A stretch of DNA of 64,000 nucleotides from Camelus dromedarius (taxonomy: Eukaryota), in assembly GCF_036321535.1 (NCBI RefSeq), contig NC_087436.1, positions 26,166,001 through 26,230,000 of the forward strand, in the 5' to 3' direction. A program made the translations under genes and the position numbers. Below the pieces are notes generated by a model, which saw only the letters and a program-made list of their open reading frames with translations, searched no databases and was not told the DNA's origin. This document shows, piece by piece, positions 13,114-25,797 of this stretch; position 1 is the first letter of the stretch; each line of letters begins with the position of its first letter.

Positions 13114-13968
13114 CACACCTATTAGGACATAAAAAAAAGGTGTTGGCAAGGATGTGGAGAAAAGATAATCATTGTACACTGTTGGGGGTAATGTGAGTTG
13201 ATGCAAAAACTATGGAAAACAGTATGGAGATTACTCAAAAATTAAAAATAGTACTATCATTTGATCCAGTGGTTCCACTTATAAATCCAAAGGAAATGAA
13301 ATTAGGATCTTAAAAGAGATATGTGCACTCCCATGTTTACTGCAGCACTATTCACATTAGCTAAGACACGGATGCAATATAAATCTTCATTGACCAATAA
13401 ATGGATAAAAAATTGTGGTATATCCTTACAATTAAATGTTATTCAGCCTTAAGAACAAAAGAAGATCCTACCATTTGTGACAACATAGATGAGTTTGGAG
13501 GATATTATGCTATGTGAAATAAGCCAGACACAAAAGAGTAAATACTACATGATACCACTTATGCAAGAAATATAAAATAGTCAAATTTATAGAAATGAAA
13601 AGTAGAATGGTGGTTGCCAATGACTAGAGGGAGAAGGAAATGAAGAGGTATTAGGGAAACAGTACAAAGTTTCAGTTACACAAGAAAAATAAATCCTAGA
13701 AATCTACTGTACAACATAGTGCCTGTAGTTGACATATTTATTGTATACTTAAAATATTGTTAATTAGGTAAATCTTGTGTTCTTATCAAAAAAATAATAA
13801 TAAAGAAGGCAGGAGGAAACTTTTGAAGATAATAGATTTGTTTATGGCATAGGTTGTGGTGATGGTTTCATGGGTCTACACTTATCTCCAAAGTCATTAA
13901 TTGTGTATACATTAAGTATGCACAGCTTATTATATGTCAATCATATGTCATAAAATGGTTAAAAAAGA
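13113..13968 (+). mobile_element. L1 3' end (L1MA/L1MB-like)
   Basis: gtgttggcaaggatgtggagaaaa, tatggaaaacagtatggag, gtgaaataagccagacaca; 3'UTR ends tatgtcaatcata..aaaatggttaaaaaa. Confidence 0.9.
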
Positions 13969-14584
13969 AACTTTACTCTTAAAGATACTCTCCCGTTTAA
14001 AACAAAATAGAATAGAACAAAGCAAAAAAATCTTGTCTGATTTTGTACATCATTTTAACATAGATTTGTGTGTACATTTTCATGTTATGTTCCTTCAAAA
14101 ACTGTAAGATAGATACCCTAATATTTACTGTATAGATAAGAAACTAACTCTAAATTACAAACAACTATATCATGAAGTATGATAATATAAGAACTATATT
14201 TTAAAATCAGTTTCTCTGATCTTACTACAGATTCTGTCAATTATGTTTCTCCCCTTTGTCAGTTTATCTGCTAATAAGAAAGCTTCATGCTTACCCAGGC
14301 ACATTAATTTTGAACTCTTAAGAGATAATATGTGCCATATGTATCATAAACATTTCCAATCATACCAAAGCTGATGTGAGGAGAGAAATTTCACTGAGTT
14401 ATTTGAGAATGAAATTATTTCTGTTTAATAGTAATATAGGTTGGGATGTATATAGACTTCTGTACATGAAGGAATAAAATAAAATTATTAAGATACTCAA
14501 ATTAGTGTCTTGAATAGAGACTCCAACAGGGGGAAAGCAATGAAGATAAATAATACTCTTGTCTTGCCTTATATTTACAAGGCA

Positions 14585-14715
14585 TGATTATTGTATGCTG
14601 TAAGATGTTTCCATTCAGTATCTCTAGCCTCACAATTCCTCTTGAAGTGGGCATTATTATGACCATCTTTTATAATAAGGACTTCAGACTCTGAGCTGTC
14701 AAGTGGATTGTTCAT
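14585..14715 (-). mobile_element. MIR SINE fragment
   Basis: cctcacaattcctcttgaagtgggcattattatgaccatcttttataataaggacttcagactctgagctgtcaagtgg resembles the antisense MIR core. Confidence 0.55.
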
Positions 14716-15658
14716 TTTTAAGTGCATTTATATTGAATGCATTAAGATCTAAAGTGAAAAGTACTAATTAAAATATGATTAAAATATAGTACATTATATA
14801 AAACAACACTGTGTAAATAAAGCATGAATTAGAGGTGACCTTATGCCTTCATATTTAATTCTCACCTCTCCATTCACTCCTTTCCTAGATTAGAGAGTTT
14901 CTTGAAAAAGTTGAATCAAATAGCTAAGCATAGAAAAATAAACAAATTTGGGGTATTGAATTAACACTAATATTACTCCCATTTATATTGGAAACACTTC
15001 CTTACATGGCAATAGATACAGGAAAATGAGTATTACCCTATATTCTTATACTTAGTTCTCCAGAACAGAGTGAAAAGGGAATCTCATGACAACTGATATG
15101 AATGAAATATATCTGAAAAAGAAAAATTAGTAAATTTCAATTCATTAGTACTCAGCAGTTCTACTGTTTGAGTAATCAACTATTTATCCTAATAACCCAT
15201 ATAATGCACTATTATTAATTTTTAACTGTTTTTGTGATTGAATTCATCATACTGACTAACATTTAACATCATTTCTGAAAAGCCAATCTAATTTATGCAA
15301 ATAATTAATAAAAATATTTTATCAACAAGCAACTTCTTATTTAAAATCACAAGTGATAATCAGATAACTTAATGTCTAAAATAACTAAAAATTAGACTCA
15401 AACATTAAAAAATTAGTATATATGGCATAAGAAATAATAGATAATTCTGTCTGTTATGCATTTTTTTATCTCTGAAATAATGTAGTCACAACATTGTCCA
15501 TGAATTATCTATTAAAATTATAAAATAAATTACAATAAAAATAAACAGTGTAATTCAGTATTTCATAAAATGAATTCCATTTGTCTCGATTATGAAATTT
15601 TAAGAAACCTTTTTTTAAAAGCTAGGATTCTGAGTATATTTAATTTCCTCTTTTTGCC

Positions 15659-16426
15659 TTTTTTTTTTTTTCTGATTCCACATTTAAGCAATATCATGTG
15701 ATATTTTTCTTTCTCTTTCTGGCTTACTTCACTTAGAATGATGATCTCTAGGTCCATCCGTGTTGCTGCAAATGGCATTGTTTTATTCTTTTTTTTTTAT
15801 GGCTGAGTAATATTACACTGTATAAATACCACGTCTTCCTTATCCATTCATCTGTTAATGGACATTTAGGTTGTTTCCATGTCTTGGCTGTTATAAATAG
15901 TGCTGCTATGAACATTGGGGTGCATGTGTCTTTTTGAATTATATTTTTGTCCAGATATATGCCCAGGAATTGGATTGCTGGATCACATGGTAAGTTTTTA
16001 TTTTTATTTTTTAAAGGAACATCCATACTCTCCTCCATAGTGGCTGCACCAATTTACATTCCCTCCAACAGGGTAGAATGGTTCCTTTTTCTCCACACCC
16101 TCTCCAGCATTTATTATTTGTAGACTTGTTAATGATGGCCATTCTAACTGGTGTGAGGTGATACCTCATTGTAGTTTTGATTTGCATTTCTCTAATAATT
16201 AGCAATGTTGAGCATCATGTGTTTATTGGCCATTTGGATGTCTTCTTTGGAGAGGTCTATTTAGGTCTTCTACCCATTTTTTGATTGGGTTGCTTATTTT
16301 TTTGATATTAAGCTGTATGAGCTGTTTTATATATTTTAGAAATTAGTCCCTTGTTGGTTTCATCATTTGCAAACATTTTCTTCCATTCCGTAGGTTGTTT
16401 TTTTGTTGTGTTGATGGTATCCTTAG
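15659..16426 (-). mobile_element. L1 ORF2 C-terminal fragment ending at the internal A-tract
   Basis: Minus-strand ORFs 16011-16205 ([29 protein letters not shown]), 15748-16038 ([23 protein letters not shown]) and 15590-15778 (MPFAATRMDLEIIILSEVSQ). Confidence 0.95.
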
Positions 16427-16582
16427 CTCATTTGTTTCCCTTCTCTCAGGGATCGTTATCCTTTGTTGTCTGATTTCCAGTATCTTGCAAAATGCAATTT
16501 CATTATTTTTTTCATTTTTCATTGTTTGGGGTGAGAGACAGTCTGTCCAGATCCTGTTAATTTTTCTTGGTCAGAAGCAGAT
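16427..16582 (-). mobile_element. Fragment of an old L1 5' end (L1ME/MD-like)
   Basis: tcatttgtttcccttctctcagggatc..tgtctgatttccagtatcttg..cctgtta..cttggtcagaagcaga resembles the antisense old-L1 5'UTR start. Confidence 0.55.
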
Positions 16583-17656
16583 AGCTCCATTATTATTATT
16601 ATTCTCTTTGAATGAAATAATCTTAAGAGGAAACAATACATAAAACAGCAGAATTTCAGAAGCTTATATATGAAAAGATATAGAGATATTTACACATAAA
16701 ATGGTTAATCCAGTGTACATGTGAGAATTCATATTGGTAACATAGGGCACAAATTACAATGTAGAACAATTAAAGAACAATACAAAAAAATTATGCAGTC
16801 TAGGCTATTTTGAGGAAGCTTTGACCAGAGCCCTCTCTATAGTCCCAGAACTTGCAACATAAATTACTTAAGGGCACAAACCATTCAGTGAGGTATAGCT
16901 ATGGTTTGATCCTTTCTTTTTGTCTACATCTCGACTATCATGTAACCTCCTAACCTAGACTCACTTAATTTTCTCTATTGCTCCCACATAAGTAAAGTAA
17001 TGTGACTGTATCCCTAATTTTGGTTGATTAGCATCTTGAGTTGACTCCTTAGATTCCTGAAAATTGGCATGTCAATGTTTCCCCAGGGCCACAATTTATC
17101 TATGTATTAGTATACTGAAGTTACTCCTTGAAAATGCAAGTTGATTCTACCATTTATGGGGTCTCGGTTGAAAGGCTTTCTTGCATTTCTGGAATCTCTG
17201 TGCCTCTATGTGGTTTTTCTGTCTTCTTGCATATGCTACACTTAAGTAAAGAGGTTTCATTTCAAGACTAGACTATCCAAGTTTGCCACAACTACAGCAA
17301 TTCTTTCATTTCTTACCAAATTTTGAATTGAAATATATTGACGACAATTACTTTTTACAGTGAACTTGTCCTACTTATACATGCATGTGTGTGTGTATGT
17401 TTGTGTTTCAATTTATGGATATTTAAATGATTACCAGTGTGTATTATTGTGACAAAAACAGGTTGATGCAACGACTATCTATGTTGTCATGCAGATTTAC
17501 ACAGCCAAAACTGAAGATATCTTCAGATTTATTACTGCTATTTAGCAGACACGCTTAAGGTTATATCAGCTATGTTCTTTGAAATAAAGTATATGAAATT
17601 ATAAATGTTCCTAGTCTTAACTTACCATCTTTATAAATTCAACCCTACTATATTAG

Positions 17657-17824
17657 GCTTTTTCTTTTCTTTTTCTTTTTTTTGGGGGGGGTTGTGGAGG
17701 GAGGGAGGAGAGGGAAGTAGTTAGGTTTTTTTACTTATTTATTTTTAGAGAGGTACTGGGGAATGAACCCAGGACCTCCTTCATGCTAAGCATGCTCTCT
17801 ACCACTTGAGGTATACCCTCCCCC
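17657..17824 (-). mobile_element. tRNA-derived SINE, Vic-1-like (camelid)
   Basis: Reverse complement reads ggggagggtatacctcaagtggtagagagcatgcttagcatgaaggaggtcctgggttcattccccagtacctc (Pol III A/B-box-like), then an AT-rich segment, a C-rich stretch and an A tail. TSD caaccctactatattag (17640-17656) / caaccctactgtattag (17826-17842). Confidence 0.9.
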
Positions 17825-18830
17825 ACAACCCTACTGTATTAGTTTTAATTATAATAGAAATAAACCATCATCCAAGTATTGTATTAGGTGAACTTTAAGT
17901 TTTGTACAAGGATAACAAATATCTGCCTTACTTCAACTTGTTGTCTGTCTACTGCCACCTACAGCTTCAGTTACCGCCAGAGTTATACAACTTCCACAGC
18001 TATAGCTTTATTTGGCAATCCAATTTTTTACCCACATTATTCTATAGTCCCATATTTTAGAAATATATGTTCTATTTACTAGTCTATGTTTCCCTTTTAC
18101 ATTCACATTTAAATACACATGCACAAACACAAACACACATAGAGAATATAAAATTAAAGCAAGATGTATCATTCAGTGTGCTTTTCTAGTTCACCCTGAT
18201 CCAACAACTAATCTCTTGACATCCTCATATAACCACCAATGCTACTTATCATATTTTATTCAATAGCAAATACTTAGAGTACTTTTTTCCTTCTCCAATT
18301 CCTATTCTATACCCATCATCTCTTTATATATCAGTTTTCCCAAAGAGACCTTAAGAAACTTTGGAGAGAACTAGAGAAAACATATATTGATCCCTTAATA
18401 TGTGTTAGTATTTTATATACATTATTAAAGAAAAATCTCCTAACTTTCCTATGACTTAAAAGTTTTTTGCAGTTTTACTATTTTAAAGTTTAGGTTCAGG
18501 AAGATTGCTTTTCAAAGTTGAAATATGTAGCATTGTCAGGATTTAGTTCCAGTTGTTTCTGAATCAAATATGTATCTATTTGTCCTCATCATGTCAGCCA
18601 GATTTTATTTATCACACTATCTCCATATATATTTTTTGATTGAATAACTGTCACCTCCATGTTTTCTCCCTTATAAATTCATCCATTTGTTTATCTTTGT
18701 GTTTATTTCTGGTCCCAGCCACATTGTTTAGTCCTCCACTCCAAAACACTTAGAATGTTTGGCTCACATAATGAAGGGATTAGCAGATGTTTATCCATGA
18801 TAATTAGTTTTAAGAAATGCACGAGTATTA

Positions 18831-19190
18831 TTTTTAATCAAAGTACAGTCAATTACACTCTATCAATGTCTTGTGTACAGCACAATGTCCCAGTCATGCA
18901 TATACATACATATATTCATTTTCATTTTTTTCCATTAAAGGTTTTCTTTTTTATTGAATGAAGATTGTTTAAATTCTATAGTACTTCACAATTTTAAAAA
19001 TTTCACACACACTAATTTCATATAATCCCATGATAACTCCCCTTTTTATACCCCTCCCCTCTTCCCATTCTCCACTGGTAACTACTAGTTTGTTCTCTAT
19101 GTCTATTAATCTCTCTCTCTCTTTTTTTTTTTTTGTATTCCCTAGTTTGTTGTATTTTTTATATTGCACATATAAGTGATATAATACTGT
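18831..19190 (-). mobile_element. Two adjacent short L1 3'-end fragments of different subfamilies
   Basis: 18831-18943: aagtacagtcaattaca..gtgtacagcacaatgtcccagtcatgcatatacatac. 18944-19190: ttttttattgaatg..cccattctccactggtaactactagtttgttctctat..cacatataagtgatataatac. Confidence 0.8.
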
Positions 19191-22100
19191 GTAATATTGT
19201 TTTCTTTTAATGAATGAAATTCAAGCCTTGTGATTGCCAGGCTAACAGACAGGCAATCATATGGAAACCTGAAAAAAGAAGCTGCTTAAAATAGAGGAAA
19301 GAAGAAATCTACTTTTTTATCCACAGGACATGCTGGAGTTACTGAGCACTTTCAATAAACAACACTCTAAATTGTTTGAGTTCTGATAAATAAAAAAAGA
19401 GAGATTTACAAAACAAAAATATTTCATTATAATTTCTAAAGAGTAGGTTGGATCACATAGATTATACATGAAACCAGTAATGAGATTCTTAATATCAGAC
19501 ATCAGTATTAATATATAGTTACTGACCTAGTCACAATAGCATAGAGTAGGCCTGTCCCTAAATGAGTAGTAGAGAATGAATTATCTCTGTAGACTTTCTT
19601 ACTATCAATATGAAGAAGGACAGAAATTAGCAAAGCATATCTGGTTAATTATTTCCAAATTTAGCAATCACATAAACTACTTCTTCTCCTGTAGGCAGGG
19701 TGAATAGATAGAGAGAAGCTAGGAATTAAGATAATTTAGAACACTTCTCACAGAATGAAACACCATACAAAACGAATCATTCTCTAAAGCACTTTATAAG
19801 TTTAGTTAATATTTAGATCATTGACTGAAAGAAAAGCACTTGGAAACAAGTTCATTCTGGATTTAAGAATGATGATCATTAACTACATTTTACTGAAGCA
19901 AAAAGTTTATTTCCAAAGATTCTAAAACTCACCAGGGATACATATGTAAAAGGTGAAATTTCAGAGAATAGAACTATTTTGATATTCTTAAATTTGCTTC
20001 CACATTAATGTCAAATAGTCAGATGAGTTGAAAGATAGGAAAATGCCTTTTCAGTGCATCTGCCAAGCAATTTCAGACAATTTGACTGATTTTTTGTTTT
20101 ACGTAGTAAGTTCTGAAAACAGAAACTGTTGAAAGCGATCTGACCTGGATTTATTCCACAAAATTTTATTCCCATCTAAAAGTGTGCCTGTGATTTATTC
20201 TCTGTCACTGCTGTATCTACACTAATGCACCATTATGCATAGTGGATGTTTTAGATATATAACCATCACTCTTCCTGAGGCCAGAACTTTATGATTACGT
20301 CAGACATTGTCTGGCATAATCTAGTTAGTTGATTTTACCTCCAAAGTTTCTGATTAATCTGGAATAATTACTTAAATATTTACTCTTCTATGTTTAAAAT
20401 CTGCTAGAACAAAGAGATTATGCATGCAGAAAGTGTGTAGGGGGGTTGAAGATAACAAATGATACATCGAGCACAGCCTAATGTGGCTTTACTGGAGTAG
20501 AAACAGTGGTAATAAATCACCTGCCAATGTTGATAATAAAATACTGCATTGGCCTCCATCAGCCACAAGAGAAAGGTTAAATGTTATTTCTCGCAATAGC
20601 CATGTGGTCTTCATAGCTGACATCTCCAATATTAAATCCCATCATTATTTTCTATAGAAAACATTTGATCTTTATTCCTAATGGAACATTTTTGTAAAGA
20701 ACTACTTTGCAAATATCTAATATCCTTGAAATACCTTTACTCATTTTATGGTTATTTTACTCTATAAAAGTATCTCTTCTCTGTAGTATAAAATTATTTT
20801 TATGTAATGGGTAGCTTTGGGAGGTTGAAATTCGTTCTGGTCAACTGTAAGCGACCTTTTAATGATTGGATTCATACGAACTCAATGTTGGTGTAGGTTG
20901 CAAATTGTAATATTATTTCTGAATAAGCTCAGTAATTTATTTTCTAGTTTATTTATTAAATCAAATCTCAACTTTGTCTATACTGCATTCTAAATTACTC
21001 TTATTTCAAACACCAACCTCATCTCTTGACGTATCTACACAACAATTATTTCCTTAATATGCTTCCTATAAGGAATTAATTTTTCTAGACTGGCTTTGAA
21101 ATGTATGTTGGTCTCAAAGGCAAGGCATGAAATGTATTTAAGGAGATGTAAACATGAGGCTTATATTTATGAAGGTATTGATGTATATATACATTAGCTT
21201 ATACTGGTGAAGATATTGACATATGTACACATACGCTTATATTTAAGAACCTATTGATATACATGCATATAGCTAAATGATAAATAATTCCAGCTGTTGT
21301 CACAAGTGAAAATACATTATTCATAAGTCTCCCATACACCTGCACCACCTCGACTATCTATTGTAATATTTCTCACTATTATTTCTGAAAGATGTCAAAT
21401 TGGAAATTTTGTTGTACTTACAAAAGTTTTTCAGTGACAATGGCCCTATGGCTTCCTTCCTGTGCTTCTTATGTTCAAGAGACTGTTTTAAAGGAAACTT
21501 CCTTTCAGTGCTCATCCAGAGAACAGCAAGGTTCATTGAAATTGTTTTATCTCCTGACATTCCTCAAACAGCCAATCCTTGAGGTGTCAGTACAGTCCTG
21601 GGTAACGTGCAGAAGTAGGGAGAATTCCTTCCTGCATGATTCATTGCAGAGAATTGTTAATGGGGAACCGAAAACAGCATTGCATGTGACCACTCACACA
21701 CTTACTCATACCCTTTCACCAAAACCAGCAATGATTTTCTGGACATCTCAACCCAAGGCCTTCCTCTGAAAAGGCACATTTCTTCAATAAAACTATCTTC
21801 TATTCATATATGTTTTTAAATCTTTACACATGGTGTTTCTGAGCTTTGAGCTACGGAGTTGCTCAGGCAAACTAACTTAAAAATACAGGCTTTGCTTTCC
21901 ACTACAGGGTTGTGAACAACTTAAAACCAAGTACAGTTTTCTTTTTCACAGCTGTATCCAAGAACAATTGTTGGAAAAAAAATAGGTTTTTCCCCCAGAG
22001 TTGTTTCTGGCAAAGGTCTTTGCTTGTATTTGTTTCTTGGACTGAAAGTGAGAAAGATCAAATCCATCTTAATCCCTGCTGTATGTCCAGCACAGTACTG

Positions 22101-22242
22101 GCACTGAATTTTTAAAAAGGAATACATGAATAAGTGAAGGACAATTAGATGGCATTTCCAAGGTGGGTCAGTCTATATAACAAGATAATCAATATTCTAC
22201 ATATATATAAAATTTAAAATAATACATATTTTAAATTAGGAC

Positions 22243-22360
22243 TTTTCAAGTTTATCATATATATAGAAAGATGGATAAGAGAATATATGTACATATATTC
22301 TTTTTCAGATTCTTTTCCATTATAGGTTAATACAAGATATTGACTATAGTTCTCTGTGCT
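22243..22360 (-). mobile_element. L1 3'UTR tail fragment
   Basis: tatattctttttcagattcttttccattataggttaatacaagatattgactatagttctctgtgct, the same tail motif as at about 28250 and 46750. Confidence 0.75.
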
Positions 22361-22364
22361 TAAT

Positions 22365-24905
22365 GTTCCCATTCTGAATGTTGCCTTTTAATTTTCTTAA
22401 TTTTTTTTTTTTTTTTTTTTTTTTTGCTCTGCAGAAGCCTTTGAGTTTGATGTATTCTCATTGTTTGATTTTTGCTTTTGTGGTTTGTGCTTTCAGCATC
22501 ATGTCCAAAAAATCATTACCAACACCAGTATCACTGAGCTCTTCGCTATGTTTTCTTCAAGGCGTTTTATAGTATCAGGTCTTATGTTTAAGTCTGATCC
22601 ATTTCAAGTTAATTTGTGTGAATTATGTGAAATAGGAGTCTAGTTTTCTTATTCTACATGTATTTCTTCAGTTTTCCCAGAAACATTTGTTGAAGAAATT
22701 ATCCTTCCTCCATTGGATATCCTTGGCTCCCTTGTCAGATATTACTTGACTATATATGCTAAAATTTAATTATAGGCTCTATATTCTGTCCCATTTGTCC
22801 ATGCATTTACTTTTGTGTCAGTACTGTACTGATTTTATTACTTTGTAGTATAGTTTGAAATCCAGAAATATGATACCTCCAGCTTTGTTCTCAGGATTGC
22901 CTTGGCTATTTAGGTCTTTTATGATTCCTTTCGGGTTTTAGGACTGTTTCTTCTACTTCTATGAAAAAAAAATGCCTTTTGTATTTTGATGGGGATTGCA
23001 TTGAGTTTGTAGATAGCTATGGGTAGTATGGCCATTTTAACAATGGTAATTCTTTTGACCCATAAACACAGAATGTCTTTCCATTTCTTTGTATCTTCGG
23101 TATCTTTCTGCAAAATCTTGCAGTTTTCATTGTACAGATCTTTTACTTCTTTGGTTAAACTTATTTTATTGTTTTTGCTGCTACTGTGAATAGAGTAGTT
23201 TTCTTTATTTCTTTTTCCAGTGCTTCATCATTAGTGTAAAAGAATGTTACTGATTTTTGTAAGTTGATTTTGTAACCTGCCACTTTATTGAAATAATTGA
23301 TTGACTCCAATAGTATTTTGATTGATTCTGGGATTTTTCTATATATAAGATTGCATCATCAGCAAATAGCAATAATTTTACTTCTTCTTTCCCTATTTGA
23401 ATGCCTTTTATTTCTTTATTTCACCTAATTGCTCTAGCTAGGAATTTCAGTACTATATTGAATAGGAGTGATACGAATGAACAAACTGGTGTTGTTCCTG
23501 ATTTTAGAGGGAAAGCTTTCAAATTTTCTCCATTGAGTATAATGTTAGTTGCAGATTTGTTGTATATAATCTTTATTATGTTGAGTTATGTCCCATCTGT
23601 ACCCAATCTGTTAAGCATTTTTATTATGAAGCAGTGGTCAAATGCAGTTTCTGCATCTTTTGAGATGACCATGTGATTTTTATCTTTTATTTTAGTGATG
23701 TGATGAATTATGTTTATTGATTTGTGTATATTGAACCAACCTTACAACACGGGAAAATCCCACTTGATCATGGTGTATAATACTTTTAATGTGTTCTGAA
23801 ATTTATTTTGCTAATGTTTTGTTAAAAACTTTTGCAAATTTATATTCTTTGGGGATATTGATCTGTTTCTTGTTTGTTTTTTGTTTTTTGTTTTTTTACC
23901 TTTGCAGTAGCCTTATCTGGTTTTAGTATGAAGGTAATGCTGGCTTTGTGGAATGAGTTTGGAGGAGTCCCTCTTCCTTAATATTTTGGAAGAGCTTGAG
24001 GTGGATTGGTGTTAATTCTTCTTTAAATACCTGGTAGAATTCAGTGAAGCTGCCTGGCCCTGAAGTTTTCTGTGTTGGGAGTTTTTTTGGTCCCTCGTTC
24101 AATCTCTTGATTCATTATTGGTCTGTTCATATTTTCTGTTTCTCCCTGATTGAGTCTTGGTAGGTTGTTTGCTTCTAGAAATCTATCCATTTCTTCTAAG
24201 TTATGTAATATGTTGGCACATAATTCTTCATATTTCTGTAATATAAGCTGTAATGCCTCCTCTTTCATTTCTACTTTTATTTATTTGAGTATTTTCTCTA
24301 AAGGTTTGTCCATTTTATCTTTTTGAATAAACAGCTTTAGTCTTGTTGATCCTTTCTATTGTTTTTCTGATCTCTATTTCATTTATTTCCATTCTAATTA
24401 TTATTGTTTTCTTCTTTATGCTAACTTTGGTCTTAATTTGTTCCACTTTTTCTAGTTCCTTGAGGTATAGAGTTAGGTAGTTTATTTGAGATCTTTATAG
24501 TTTCTTAATATATGCATTTATTGCTATAAACTTTCCTCTAAGAACTGCATTTGCTGTATTCCACTAAATTTGATATATTTTCATTTTCATTTATTTTGAG
24601 ATAATTATTTATTTATCTTTTGATTTCTCCTTTCACCCATTTGTTGTTTAGAAGTGTTTTGTTTCACATTTTTGTAGATCTGTTCACTTTCCTTTAGTTG
24701 ATGATTTCTAATTTCATATTATTTTAATCAGAGAAAATAGCTTGTATGATTTCAGTTATCTTAAATTTGGTAAGATCTGTTTTATGGCCTACCATATGAT
24801 CTATCCTGAGGAATGTTTCATATAAACTTGAGAGGACTATATATTCTGCTGCTGTTGGGTCAAATATTCTGTGTATGTCTGTGAAGTCTTTTTGCTCTAA
24901 AGTGA
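22365..24905 (-). mobile_element. L1 ORF2 body (endonuclease to post-RT), degenerate
   Basis: Minus-strand ORFs 22919-23113 ([22 protein letters not shown]) and 24041-24268 (NLEEMDRFLEANNLPRLNQ). RT motif on the minus strand at catcatcagcaaata (about 23355; FADD). Confidence 0.93.
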
Positions 24906-24914
24906 ATAAATTTG

Positions 24915-24915
24915 T

Positions 24916-24954
<39 letters not shown>

Positions 24955-24956
24955 TT
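24915..24956. repeat. (TTTA)n microsatellite
   Basis: Directly visible; adjoins an L1 fragment. Confidence 0.95.
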
Positions 24957-25090
24957 AAGATTCCACATATAATTGATATCATGCAATATCTGTCTTTCCC
25001 TGTCTGGGTTATTTCCCTTAGCATAATGCCCTCAAAGTCCATCCAAGTTCTTATAACTGGTTCTTTTTTATGGTTGAGTAATATTTCATA
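24957..25090 (-). mobile_element. Short L1 ORF2-end fragment
   Basis: agattccacatataattgatatcatgcaatatctgtctttccctgtctgggttatttcccttagcataatgccctcaaagtccatcca. Confidence 0.85.
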
Positions 25091-25797
25091 GATTTAAAAT
25101 GAACTAAGTTTGATATTATATCAAGAAATCCAATATTAACTGTTAAGAAATAAAATAATAACAGTCATCTTTCTGCATCTTAATTTGCTTACAAAACCTA
25201 CTTTTGATTTTCATTTAAATCCATGGCTTTTGCAGTGTGTCTGCATTAATAGAACATAATTGCAGGCTTTTCATGAAATGGTTTGTCTTTTGAAAAACTG
25301 CATTAATCTTGGGCAGATGACTTATTGTTGTTCCTGAAAACAAATTAGGAATTCCTAAAAGAACATTCTCAAGCATGAATCAAATAAGCTGTTAATCAAG
25401 TGAATTTACTCGTGATTTTCCTTGCTGTCTATTTTTAAATGCTATATTTCACTTAGCAAAACCAATACTATTTTTAAATGGTAAAGAAAGCTCAAATATT
25501 TTAATATAATTTCACTTATTTTTATATATTCAGCCATCAGTAATTTTATTTAACCTGAAACATAGGGATTCTTTGCTTTATGTAAAAGAAATATTTCTGC
25601 TGTATACTTTTTTTTTTTTAAATCTGCATTGTATTTTAAAGACACTGGACAGCTACAAATACAAAAGGCAGTATGGCCAATTATTTCTTCTAATGTAAAA
25701 TTATTTTCAGATTTCTATGCACATTTATTCCTCTAGTTGTGTATAACTGTTATATCTAGTAACAGCTTATATATACACAGACATTCCTAAATCACTG

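Noticed and set aside
21392..21769. 125-aa plus-strand ORF
   Set aside because: No recognisable domain, it begins at a weak start in AT-rich DNA, and an ORF of this length can arise by chance in 64 kb.
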